Assembly: GCA_964016885.1 (NCBI GenBank)
Contig: OZ024746.1
Coordinates: 46,376,001 to 46,440,000, forward strand
Direction: 5' to 3'
Length of the DNA: 64,000 nucleotides
Origin: Eledone cirrhosa
Taxonomy: Eukaryota
The position numbers and the translations under genes are program-made. The notes beneath the pieces are model-generated. The model was not told where the DNA came from, made no database searches, and worked only from the letters and a program-made list of their open reading frames with translations. This document shows positions 42,441 to 58,234 of the stretch, in pieces (the first letter of the stretch is position 1; each line of letters begins with the position of its first letter).

Positions 42441-42442
<2 letters not shown>
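41906..42442 (-). mobile_element. APE-endonuclease fragment of a CR1/L2-like LINE bounded by (TA)n
   Basis: [45 protein letters not shown]. Confidence 0.85.
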
Positions 42443-42520
<78 letters not shown>

Positions 42521-42552
42521 TATATATATATACACATATATATATATACACA

Positions 42553-42616
<64 letters not shown>

Positions 42617-43284
42617 AAGGTTAACATATACATAAAGTTATAGATATATACATGTTGCAACTGGTCACTTTTAAGCTCTATGAAGAATTAATAAATTAAA
42701 AAATCAGAGCATTATATCATAAATCATGTCTTTAGAATCATCAGATAATAAAATATATACTATTTCTTCTTCTAATTAGCATAATTAACCATATAAAAAA
42801 CCAATAACATTCTTTCTCTCTGGCTTGACCACAGCCACATAGCGATTCTTAGCCATTTTTTAATCTATTTTTGGCGGGATCGGATTGAAAAACTAGATGT
42901 CTGATTTTGAGTTTGTCTCCTGATGAATCCTAACTCAGGACATTCCTATTATTTGGATGTCTAAAAATAAGGAAGAAACCATGGTAGAGATATAATTACG
43001 GTATGTGCGCATTTCTTCTAAGTTTAATTTTACACCTAATTATGTATGGTTGATGGTATATTTAGTCAGTTTCTACATGCTGTCGAAATGTTGGATAAAT
43101 ACTCGATTGAGGCCGCCGCGAAGAGGCTACGTTCGGTTGTTTGTCGGAGATTTCCCCATAAGAGCATTAATTCTTATAGCTTGTTCTGATTGATTTTTTA
43201 TATGGTTAATTATGCTAATTAGAAGAAGAAATAGTATGTATATATTTTATTATCTGATGATTCTAAAGACATGATTTATGATAT
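42617..43284 (+). mobile_element. Non-autonomous PLE derivative with inverted ends
   Basis: 42714-42800 is the reverse complement of ~43194-43284, with an internal HHR. Confidence 0.75.
42914..42992 (+). ncRNA. Hammerhead ribozyme with extended stem II
   Basis: TGTCTC CTGATGA [~48 nt] GAAA ccatgg TA GAGATA. Confidence 0.8.
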
Positions 43285-43302
43285 ATATATATATATATAT
43301 AT

Positions 43303-43996
43303 AGTAATAATAATAAATTTCAAGACTAAAATCCAAAGAGAGCTCGATAAGGATAAATATATATCAAATATATAAGAACCGTAGAGCAAATAACAGATTA
43401 AAGTTTAAGCAAAGAATCGCTGCTTTCACCCTTAACGGGATCTTCTGAAACTAACAATGTCAATCTGTAAACGCAGAAGTGGATATTATAAAAAACGTTG
43501 CAACCGGAGGAAGAATGGAAGACGATACTTTGGTTCGTGGAAACGTTCGCTGGCTATGCAGATAAGTAATGGTATAAACAAAACATAAATTTAGCTTCCA
43601 CATCAAGACGTAAAATATGCACGTATAGATCGTACTATCCGTTAGGGTATAACGTGGGGCTGTAATACAGGAAAGTTTTGTGCAATTTATGTTTACAAGA
43701 CGAAATTGCCTCAGATTTTTTGTTTAAGATGTGGTCTGTGACGTAGAGTATTTCCAGGGCCTCAGCGGCGCAGAGGTCACATGGTCTTTTATTTCCGTTA
43801 TACGATCTAGTCCTAGCTAGGATCTCCCAGTGTAACTTATATTGGTTGTGGTTGTCTTTTAGATCTCAACATCCTGGACCGGACCGAACCTCTGGACCCT
43901 ATCTCTCCCCACTTTACCCTGAAGGATCACAAATCCAATTTTCCGAACAACCCCTCTATTCGGCTTATTATCTTTAATCTGTTATTTTAATAAATA
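43303..43996 (-). mobile_element. Rearranged short copy of the 58235-60570 PLE family
   Basis: Matches 58245-58410, 59155-59460 and the reverse complement of 60485-60570. It also carries a + strand ORF N-terminal piece, [33 protein letters not shown]. Confidence 0.8.
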
Positions 43997-43998
43997 CA

Positions 43999-44036
<38 letters not shown>

Positions 44037-44091
44037 AATACATATATATATAAATACATATATATATATAAATACATATATATATATATAT

Positions 44092-44234
<143 letters not shown>

Positions 44235-44428
44235 GATAAATCTACCAAGAGTTTACGGTAGTGTCCAATCCGTATGAAGAACTCAATGTAGTCCGGATAT
44301 CATGGAAAGAAGAGATGCAATGAAAAATCACTTTCGGTGAAAGATAAACGGAATACAGAGTCAAGATAAAATATTAAAAAAATAATGAATAAAACAATGA
44401 AACAGTTCCTTATATTAAACAAAAAAAG

Positions 44429-44583
44429 TTCATTATTTAACGATCGTTTCTAGGATATATATGTGTTAGAATTGGCATGCATATTCAACAGATCTATGTA
44501 CAAAATTATACAAAATTATACAAACTATCAAGATTAAATATACATACCAAACCCACATATATGCCGTCTTCAGAAATAATGAA
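44429..44583 (-). ncRNA. Hammerhead ribozyme with a 116-nt stem II region
   Basis: Reverse complement of 51637-51791. Confidence 0.8.
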
Positions 44584-45186
44584 ATATATTTATTGATAAT
44601 AACAACAATTCAAAATTTCAGGTCCGTTTGGGAACAGAGTTCAAATTGACCAATGAAAATACAAAAAATTTTATGCAGTTTGGTGTGTGCATATACATGT
44701 AATTAACTTCGTACACATATTTATATAAAGATATATGCTCACATGCATACGCATGCCAAAAAGATGTATGCAAATACAAAAATTCAAGGCTAATGTCTCT
44801 GTAAGTTTATAATCCACAGATAAAATGCGTATAGACACATAAATATGAAATAAATGTATACACACATTCACATACTCACACATATTCGTACACTCACACA
44901 CACACGCGCGTATATGCATAAACATACACATAATTACGAACATACATACACACACACACCCCCACACACATATATATGTGCATATAGTATTATCATAAGC
45001 ATATGGACATTAATGCACGCACATAAACACTGCCACACACATTTAGATCAAGATACAGAAATTAGGTGGGAGGGGGGGAGAGGTCAGTATTCAACGGTTT
45101 CGGCAGACTGCTTATTTATAGATGTATCTATAAACTTAGAAATAAAAAGAAAAGAAAAAGAGAAAAGAAAAAAGAAATATATCAAG

Positions 45187-45232
<46 letters not shown>

Positions 45233-45656
45233 TATACATACAACACACACACACACACACATATATAAACATATACATATATATATACACATATATACAC
45301 ACATACATATATATATACACACACATATATACACATATATACACACACATATATACACACACATATATATATATACACGCACATATACATACACACACAT
45401 ATATATATATATATACAAACAAGCAAAATATAAAGTATACATCGATATACATACATATAGACATATAAATAAATACACACGCATACACACACATACATAT
45501 ACATACATATACATACACATATATAAACACATACATATACATACATATACATACACATACCATATAAATACACAAAAACATACACAGCCGCATACATATA
45601 GAGACACATACATATACACATATAAATACATAGACACATACATACATAAACACATA

Positions 45657-45696
<40 letters not shown>

Positions 45697-45720
45697 TTTA
45701 CACACATATACACATACACG

Positions 45721-45768
<48 letters not shown>

Positions 45769-45770
45769 TA

Positions 45771-45802
<32 letters not shown>

Positions 45803-46076
45803 CACACATATACATATACACACGCATATATATATATATATATACACTCACAACACTCGTATATATATACACACACTCATACATATACACACATATACAC
45901 ATACATACATATATATATATACATATACATATATATATACATATATATATATATATACACATATATATACAGTCACATCTACATACATATATATATATAT
46001 ATAAAAATACACTCATATATATACACACATACACATACATACCCACATATAAATATATATATATACATAAATATAT

Positions 46077-46107
<31 letters not shown>

Positions 46108-46115
46108 TACATACA

Positions 46116-46201
<86 letters not shown>

Positions 46202-46670
46202 TACATACACATACATACACATATACACACATACATATATATTCACACACACACACCTACACATACATACACATACACATATATAAAGATATATATACAC
46301 ACATACACACACACACATATATAATAAATATATATATATATATATATACATATATATACATATACATACATATATACATACATACATACACACACATACA
46401 TATATATACTCACATATACATACACACATACACACATACATACATACACACACACATACATACACACACATACATACTCATACATAGACATAGATATATA
46501 TTCACACACACATACGCACTTACATATACGCATATATACAAATACATACGCATCCATATATGCGTATATACATACAAACACCACTACACTCTCACACAAC
46601 TCAGACATACAAAGAAAAAGGTATATACATATACACATATACACATATAAATAGAGATATATATACACAC

Positions 46671-46726
<56 letters not shown>

Positions 46727-46878
46727 ATATATACATACATGTACACACACATACATATACATACATACACATATACACACATACATATATAGTCACACAC
46801 ACACACCTACACATACATACACATACACATATATAAAGATATATAATACACACATACACACACATACATATATAATAA

Positions 46879-46909
<31 letters not shown>

Positions 46910-47704
46910 TATATACATATACATACATATATACATACATACATACACATACATACATATATATACACAAATATATACACACATACACACATACATACAT
47001 ACACACATACATACATACACACACATACATACTCATACATAGACATAGATATATATTCACACACACATACGCACTTACATATACGCATATATACAAATAC
47101 ATACGCATCCATATATGCGTATATACATACAAACACCACTACACTCTCACACAACTCAGACATACAAAGAAAAAGGTATATACATATACATATATACACA
47201 CATAAATAGAGATACATATACACATATATATATATATATACATACATATATATATATACCCACACACACATACAACCATAAACACACATACAAACAGATA
47301 CATACACACATATATACATATATATACACACACACAAAGACACACATACACATATATATTTATATATATATATATACACATTTTCACATATATATATATA
47401 TACACATAAATTATATTATAATAATAAATAATATATATATATACATATACAAATATATACATACATAGACATACATATATACACACACACACACACACTC
47501 ACATATATATGCGCGCATACGTACACATATACACATACACACATATACACATAAACATATACATGTGCATACATGTACATACACACATATACCCACATAG
47601 ATACGAAGATACACATATATATAGAGAGACATACATATACATACACATATATACACACACATACATACACACATATATATACACATACATACACGCACAC
47701 ACAC

Positions 47705-47754
<50 letters not shown>

Positions 47755-48973
47755 GCATATATATATATATATATATATACACACAATCATACATCCTTAT
47801 TTGCATGCGCATATATGTATTTTTATACTTAGATATAAACACCCAAACATATATACACCTACCTACATATATATTCATACATACACGCTTACAAATACAG
47901 ATAATAATAGTATGGGGGGAAGGGGGGGGGGAGAAGGGGATTATAGTAAATATATGTTTCAAGAAACATAGAATATTAATCTGTATTTGGATCTCAATAT
48001 GTGTTTACATAGTTTCAGTATTAGGAAATGCAAAATTATGCATTTCAATATAAGTATACCATTAATTATAGGTTAACTAAACTAAAGATAGTTAACATAT
48101 TGATTTCTAAGGTGTAAATTACTTAGGTTTATAATATTTGAAGCAGAATTTTGAAGTTAAATAGTAGTAGAGTATTAATTATAGTATAACTAAATTAAAA
48201 TTATTAACGTTATGGTATCAATATTAGGAAATGAATTTAGTAATAGGGAAAAAACAAATAAAGTATTACATCGGTAGTAGAATATAAATTATAGGTTAAC
48301 TAAATTAAAAATTATATATTAATTTCTATAGTATATGTTAATTAGGTATATAATAAATAAAACAGATATTGTATTTTATCAATAGCAGAATATAATTATA
48401 TGTAAACAGAAATCAAAACTAATACATATATATATATACATATACATACATATATATATATACACATATATATACATACATACACATACATATATATACA
48501 TACATATACATATTTTTTCAAAAATTGCAAAGAATATATTAATTAGGTATACATCCAAAACACATCCCATTCTATGATTACATGACACTCTGCAATCCGT
48601 CTGTATTAGGATACTAATTTTAAGCCAATAAATTAAATTTTTAGGTTCACTAAATTTAAAACCAAATTATAAATATATTTCTAAAATGTATATTAATTAG
48701 GTATATAATACTAAAAATTATTTCTCTGTCCTTGAATATACGATATTTTGTTATATTTTATCTGTAAAGGAATTTTAATAAAGGGTTAAATAAATTAAAA
48801 TTAATCTATAAATTAAATTACTAAGTATATATTAGTAATATTTAAAGGTTTTTCACAATTTATGATTACACAATATTTTATATTCTCATCTGTAGTAGAA
48901 TTTTAATTAAATTAAATTTATAGGTTAACTAACATTTAAATTAAATTATATATTAATTTCTAAAATAATGTTA

Positions 48974-51415
48974 TTAATTAGGTTTATAATATTTAAATGT
49001 TTTTTTTAGTTTATGATTACACGATATAATTAATTCCTGTCGTTTATTTAATAGGATATCCTTAGATTTCATTATTTCAAATAGTTCTTGGGAACATAAT
49101 CTACATTCATTTCTATTATTTTGATAAGGGGTGGCTCTTTTGAGCACACTCCAGGTCAAATCATATTCTATATTCTTATTTTTATAACTATTGATTTTTT
49201 CTGCTAGAGATGTTGTATTAGCCAGTGCGGCATTTTTAAAACTATGCTTGTGGGTATTAAACCTTGTCTTAAAATTGTTAGAAGTAGCTCCTATATATGA
49301 GCAAATAGAATCTTTAGTTTTAACATTACATTTATAGACTATGTTGTTAACAAGACAATTCCCTTTTAATGGGCAGTTTGCTTTGTTTCTACAGTTACAA
49401 CCTTTCGTTAATTTCTGTATTTGAGGAGATATTATGGTTAGTTTGATGTATTGGTGGTATACTTATGGTTTTCTTACATTTATATGCATTATAGGCACTT
49501 ATATTTTGTTTTATGTTATTTGTTGTTGAGTATGAGAATTTAACTGTAGACCTATTTAAGATTTGATGGTATTTGTGGTTTGGCGGGAAGTTTTTCTCTA
49601 GGATATAAAAAATTTTTTTAGCAATATTATCCTTAATTTGTAAATTAAATGGAGCATTATACCAAGTAACCCGTCTATTACGGTTTCTATGTTGTTTATT
49701 ATTTTTATTATTTTTATAGGTTGTATCGTGATGTTTACTAGGAGGATTAATGTTAATGATCTCACCACAACCATTTTTAGTTATATTTGTAGATTTAGGT
49801 GTTTTATCTTTTTTATTAGGAGTTTTATTATTAATATTTATTAGAGTTGTATGATGAGTAGTTTTTTGAGAGTTACTATATTTTATATTAGAAGATTTGG
49901 TATTTTGGGGTATAGTGTGGGTGGCATTTAGGTGTGTACTTTTCATTTGGTGTTTGTTGGTAATATTAGGTTGTATGTTTTTAGTATTTTTAGTAGAAGG
50001 TATATATTCTAATCTATTTTTGTGGCCACTTCTATCTAGAGCTTCGTTATAGAAGGTCGCATTTTTATCAAATACATCTTGGTTAGAAGAAAGGTTAGAA
50101 ATTCTAAGTGATATATTATATGCAAGGTTTTTAAGGATAGATTTAGGGTGATTAGATTGTGAGTGTATGTAATGTAAGTTTTGGTTTGGTTTATGGTAAG
50201 GTTGGTAGATACCCGTAGCTAAATCTAAAGTTATATCTAGGAAATTTACTACTTTACTTGTTTTTTCAAAAGTAATATGAAGATTATAATAGTCTTTAAG
50301 GAAAGTTCTAATATGCTTTTTGTTTTTTTCTATTTCTGAAAGGCTAAGGTTGTTGGAAAGAAGAAGACAGTCATCACGATATAAACCACCTTTAAGGTGG
50401 GGAAAGGAGGCATTTATGTTGAAAAGGAGAAAGAGGCCCACAAGATCAGTAATTTGGGCGGAATCGCTTGAACCCATAGTAATATCAAATAGATTACTAT
50501 ATGTGTTTCTGGTCCAGTATTCATTCTGAAATTCAATAAGTGTTAGTCTAGCATGTGTAATAATATTAATGTCATCCAAAGTTAAGTTAGATCTATTTAT
50601 AGCAAATATCAATGCTTTGTTCAGGAGTATAGGTGATATAGAAGAATAGTAATTATCTATATCAAATTGTAGAAATGAAGCAGAAGATTTACATCTAATA
50701 TTTTTAAACCAGTTAATTACCTGGGAGGTGTTTTCCCAGAGTGGTAAAATAACGTGTTTTCTTATTTGTGGGATGACTCTATCCAAATTTTTTTGCTAAT
50801 TATTCCAATATCTGATTTGGAGGGACATATAAGTCTTATAGAAGGATTTGAGTTAAAGTTTGATTTATGATCCTTCAGGTTGAAGTGTGGTCTTTTCAAT
50901 GCCAAAGGTTCAGTTCTATCTTCAATGTTTAGTTTTTTTACTATGTTGTGTGTTTTGTTGTTGATGTTGGTGAGTGACGCATTATTAGATTTTTTATAAT
51001 TTTTCCTGAGTTCTTTATATATGAACTCATTATAATGTTCAATATCCATGTGATACAAGTTACCAGTTTTGTCCGAGTGGACATGGATTTTTTTAGACTT
51101 TTTTAGGTCCAATAGGGTAGAATCAAGGTCCTTTTGAAAGACGGATTTATACTTTTTAAATTTGAGGTGTTTAATTAAATTAAAAAGGTCTTTCTCAAAG
51201 TCTTCAAGTAAAGAGTTGTGTGGTGGATTCTTGTAAGTATTGAAATCATACATATATTTCCGATCTGCATGTTTAGATTTTTTATCGAAGTGGTAGGCCC
51301 TCCATCTAACCCTTCTGATAAAATTATTAGTTTTTTGAATCATAAGGAGTAAGAAGTCATCCTTAGAAGGTATTGGTATGTTCTTTAAAGAGGTTCCCAA
51401 ATATTGTTTTTCCAT
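48974..51415 (-). pseudogene. PLE reverse transcriptase-GIY-YIG polyprotein with two frameshifts (~50790, ~49410)
   Basis: SLKNIPIPS, SDKTGNLY, LKDHK..PSIRLICP, QFDIDNYYSSI, TMGSSDSAQ, GLYRDD, VNFLDITLDL, SNHP, CNCRNKANCPLKGNC, VYKC..YIGAT, CRLCSQE, LNKRQE. Confidence 0.93.
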
Positions 51416-51636
51416 TGTGATATGGATGATGGACAATTGAAAGAGCTCAACTAAATGTATATGGGTTTACAAAATCATACATATATATGTATATACATAA
51501 ATATAAAATTAATACACACATACAGTACAAAAATACGAATATTTCCGTGAAAATAGGAGCAAAATTATGTAGATAAATCTACCAAGAAACTTTCGGACCT
51601 GAAATTTTGAATTGTTGTTATTATCAATAAATATAT

Positions 51637-51791
51637 TTCATTATTTCTGAAGACGGCATATATGTGTGTTTGGTATGTATATTTAATCTTGATAGTTTGT
51701 ATAATTTTGTATAATTTTGTACATAGATCTGTTGAATATGCATGCCAATTCTAACACATATATATCCTAGAAACGATCGTTAAATAATGAA
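51637..51791 (+). ncRNA. Hammerhead ribozyme with a 116-nt stem II region (inverted pLTR)
   Basis: TTCATTATTT CTGAAGA [51654-51769 long hairpin] GAAA cgatcg TT AAATAATGAA, with a perfect 10-bp stem I. Confidence 0.82.
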
Positions 51792-51852
51792 CTTTTTTTG
51801 TTTAATATAAGGAACTGTTTCATTGTTTTATTCATTATTTTTTTAATATTTT

Positions 51853-51913
<61 letters not shown>

Positions 51914-51928
51914 CATATATATATATAA

Positions 51929-52133
<205 letters not shown>

Positions 52134-52177
52134 CATATATAGATATATACATATCTATATATATATATATATATATA

Positions 52178-52373
52178 TAGGAACCAGTAAGACCCCGACG
52201 GCTGAGCTCAAGCCGTTTCGACGGCTAATTCTGGAGTCCAGAATTAGCCGTCGAAACGGCTTGAGCTCAGCCGTCGGGGTCTTACTGGTTCCTATTACCC
52301 ACTCTACTACCCCAAGTATTGAGTACTTTGGTGCGTTATGGTCCACCTGGTTCCTTACCACATTTCCTTCGTT
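52178..52373. mobile_element. Perfect ~117-bp palindrome of a pLTR 3' end plus extension
   Basis: The arms match the terminus at 55257-55313 and contain only the 3' half of an HHR (GAAAcggct..agccgTCggggt). Confidence 0.8.
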
Positions 52374-52500
52374 ATATATATATATATATATATGGAAAGT
52401 TATATTTAAATTGTTGGGTTAACAACGAGTAACTACTTCCCAAATGCAAGTCGATTGAAAGGTATGTCATATCTATTTATTTATAAGACTGTTTATATTG

Positions 52501-52566
52501 TATTTTGTCTGATGAAGGCATAACATATTGTTAATATGATATCCCTGAAATATATATAATGAAATA
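52501..52566 (+). ncRNA. Hammerhead ribozyme
   Basis: TATTTTGT CTGATGA aggcataacatattgttaatatgatatccct GAAA tatata TA ATGAAATA. Confidence 0.82.
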
Positions 52567-52603
52567 AATATGGTTTTATAAATATAGTTTCCATTTATTT
52601 AAT

Positions 52604-55376
<2,773 letters not shown>

Positions 55377-55424
55377 TATACACCTCAACAACATATGTAC
55401 TTGTCTATACCATACTAATTCAAA

Positions 55425-55478
55425 ATGCCTGAAGAGGTCAGAGCCAAAAATGGCTGTCACTGAAATATATATAGCAGT
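55425..55478 (+). ncRNA. Hammerhead ribozyme
   Basis: TGC CTGAAGA ggtcagagccaaaaatggctgtcact GAAA tatata TA GCA. Confidence 0.75.
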
Positions 55479-55528
55479 AATAAACGAAGGTAAATTTTAA
55501 TCATTTGACTTTTTATTTAACTTTATTT

Positions 55529-55607
<79 letters not shown>

Positions 55608-55644
55608 ATATATCTATATATATATACATATACATATATATATC

Positions 55645-55715
<71 letters not shown>

Positions 55716-55718
55716 ATC

Positions 55719-55816
<98 letters not shown>

Positions 55817-55862
55817 AAAGTTAAATAAAAAGTCAAATGATTAAAATTTAGCTTCGTTTATT

Positions 55863-55917
55863 ACTGCTATATATATTTCAGTGACAGCCATCTTTGGGTG
55901 CGACCTCTTCAGGCAGT
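55863..55917 (-). ncRNA. Hammerhead ribozyme
   Basis: Reverse-complement copy of the 41498 family. Confidence 0.78.
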
Positions 55918-55990
55918 TTGAATTAGTATGGTATAGACAAGTAATTATGTTGTTGAGGTGTATAATATTGTCTATACCATATTAATTCAA

Positions 55991-56045
55991 ACTGCCTGAA
56001 GAGGTCACAGCCAAAGATGGCTGTCATTGAAATATATATAGCAGT
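55991..56045 (+). ncRNA. Hammerhead ribozyme
   Basis: ACTGC CTGAAGA ggtcacagccaaagatggctgtcatt GAAA tatata TA GCAGT. Confidence 0.82.
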
Positions 56046-56187
56046 AATAAACGAAGCTAAATTTTAATCATTTGTCTTTTAATTTAACTTTACTTTACAC
56101 TACTCCGGAGTAACCAAACCAAACTGCGCACTTCGTCGAGTGCTCCAGTCTGCATACTAACATGTTGGTATACAATCAACATAAACT

Positions 56188-56360
<173 letters not shown>

Positions 56361-56372
56361 CATATATATATA

Positions 56373-56433
<61 letters not shown>

Positions 56434-56561
56434 ATACTTATACATATATATATATATATATTTATATATATATGTATACATATACATATATATATATATA
56501 TTTATATATATATGTATACATATACATATATATATATATACACACATACATATACACATAC

Positions 56562-56617
<56 letters not shown>

Positions 56618-56631
56618 ATCTATACATATAC

Positions 56632-56726
<95 letters not shown>

Positions 56727-56852
56727 CAAGATGTATGGTAGGTCGTATGTGAATCGCGAAGTCCCACCATATGGTCGGACGAAACGGCTGTCGGCAATAA
56801 ACTTGTTATAATGTCATAATAGTTCCTTTGTTCTTTTTCATTAATTATATAC

Positions 56853-56926
<74 letters not shown>

Positions 56927-56929
56927 ATA

Positions 56930-58172
56930 CGCTTTTTCTCTCTCATTTAAACTGCTAAACTCTTTCTACTACCATTCAAAATCTATACAACTTCATACTT
57001 TCTGCTACTTTCTCTTTCCAAGCTTGATGATGATACTGTCCGTTTTACTCCCTCATATCATCTGCTTAACTCTATCTACAATCCACACATTTTGCTACTT
57101 TCTCTTTTATATTTCAAACTTACTGATTTATTTACAAACGCATAGAAACACACACTCACTTCAAATGATAAAAAAACATTTAAAGCAAATAAACAACGTG
57201 CGTGATTTATAACTACACTAACTTTTAGTTGCTCAATTATTATATTTCATACGAAACGACAATTATTCAAAAGCAACATATACATTTATTCAACAACAAG
57301 CGATAAATCTTTTTTAAAACCTCTCAACGAACGTGGAATTGAAATTGTGCAAATGTATAAACATGGAACATGTGCACACACACAACAACAACAGCAATCT
57401 GCCTTTTATAGATAATGATAAACAATAATATTCTCTATGAGGTCACTAAACCTGCTAGAAACAGCAGCTAACTCTCCCCCAATACACCCTTCCCTACTGT
57501 CTTAAATTTAGAAAACATATCTTCTATGAGGTCACTAAACCTGATAGAAACAGCAGCTAACTCTCCCCCATATCACACCACTCCCTACTGTCTTAAATTT
57601 AGAAAACACATATCCTCTATGAGGTTACTAATCCTGCTAGAAACAGCAGCTAACTCTCTCCTATATCACACCCCTCCCTACTGTCTTAAATTTAGAAAAT
57701 ATATCTTCTATGGGGTCCCTAAAGCTGCTAGAAACAGCAGCTAACTCTCCCCCATATCACACCACTCCCTACTGTCTTAAATTTAGAAAACACATATCCT
57801 CTATGAGGTCACTAAACCTGCTAGAAACAACAGCTAACTCTCCCTCATATCACAACCCTCCCTACTGTCTTAAATTTAGAAAACACACAGACAACCATGC
57901 AGAACAACTCCATCGCAGCTCTGTTGTTCGGCTAGCATCGTCTACGCGCGTGTTTCGCAATACTGTGAAACAATAAATTTCAACACGTTCTTGCACAGAG
58001 ATAATATACATAGGCGAAACTACAATTGTCACTGTGGGCGCAGCTCCTGCTTCCAGGTTTGCAATTCATTCACCCAGTGCCTGGCAGACAAAAAAGTGCT
58101 GCCATAAAATGGGTGGTGCAACCTAACTTTGGTAACTTAATGACCCCGAGCAACGCCGGGCTTTAATGCTAG
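56930..58172 (+). mobile_element. Non-autonomous Helitron 3' part
   Basis: Subterminal hairpin CCCGAGCAACGCCGGG followed by CTAG|T at 58169-58173, with an internal minisatellite. Confidence 0.75.
57434..57888 (+). repeat. ~92-bp minisatellite, 5 copies
   Basis: Unit TCTATGAGGTCACTAAACCTGCTAGAAACAGCAGCTAACTCTCCCCC...CCCTACTGTCTTAAATTTAGAAAACA. Confidence 0.92.
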
Positions 58173-58180
58173 TATATACA

Positions 58181-58229
<49 letters not shown>

Positions 58230-58234
58230 GTATA

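Noticed and set aside
57434-57888. Possible CRISPR-like array
   Set aside because: Whole ~92-bp units repeat with no unique spacers. It is a minisatellite inside a Helitron-like element in a eukaryotic context.
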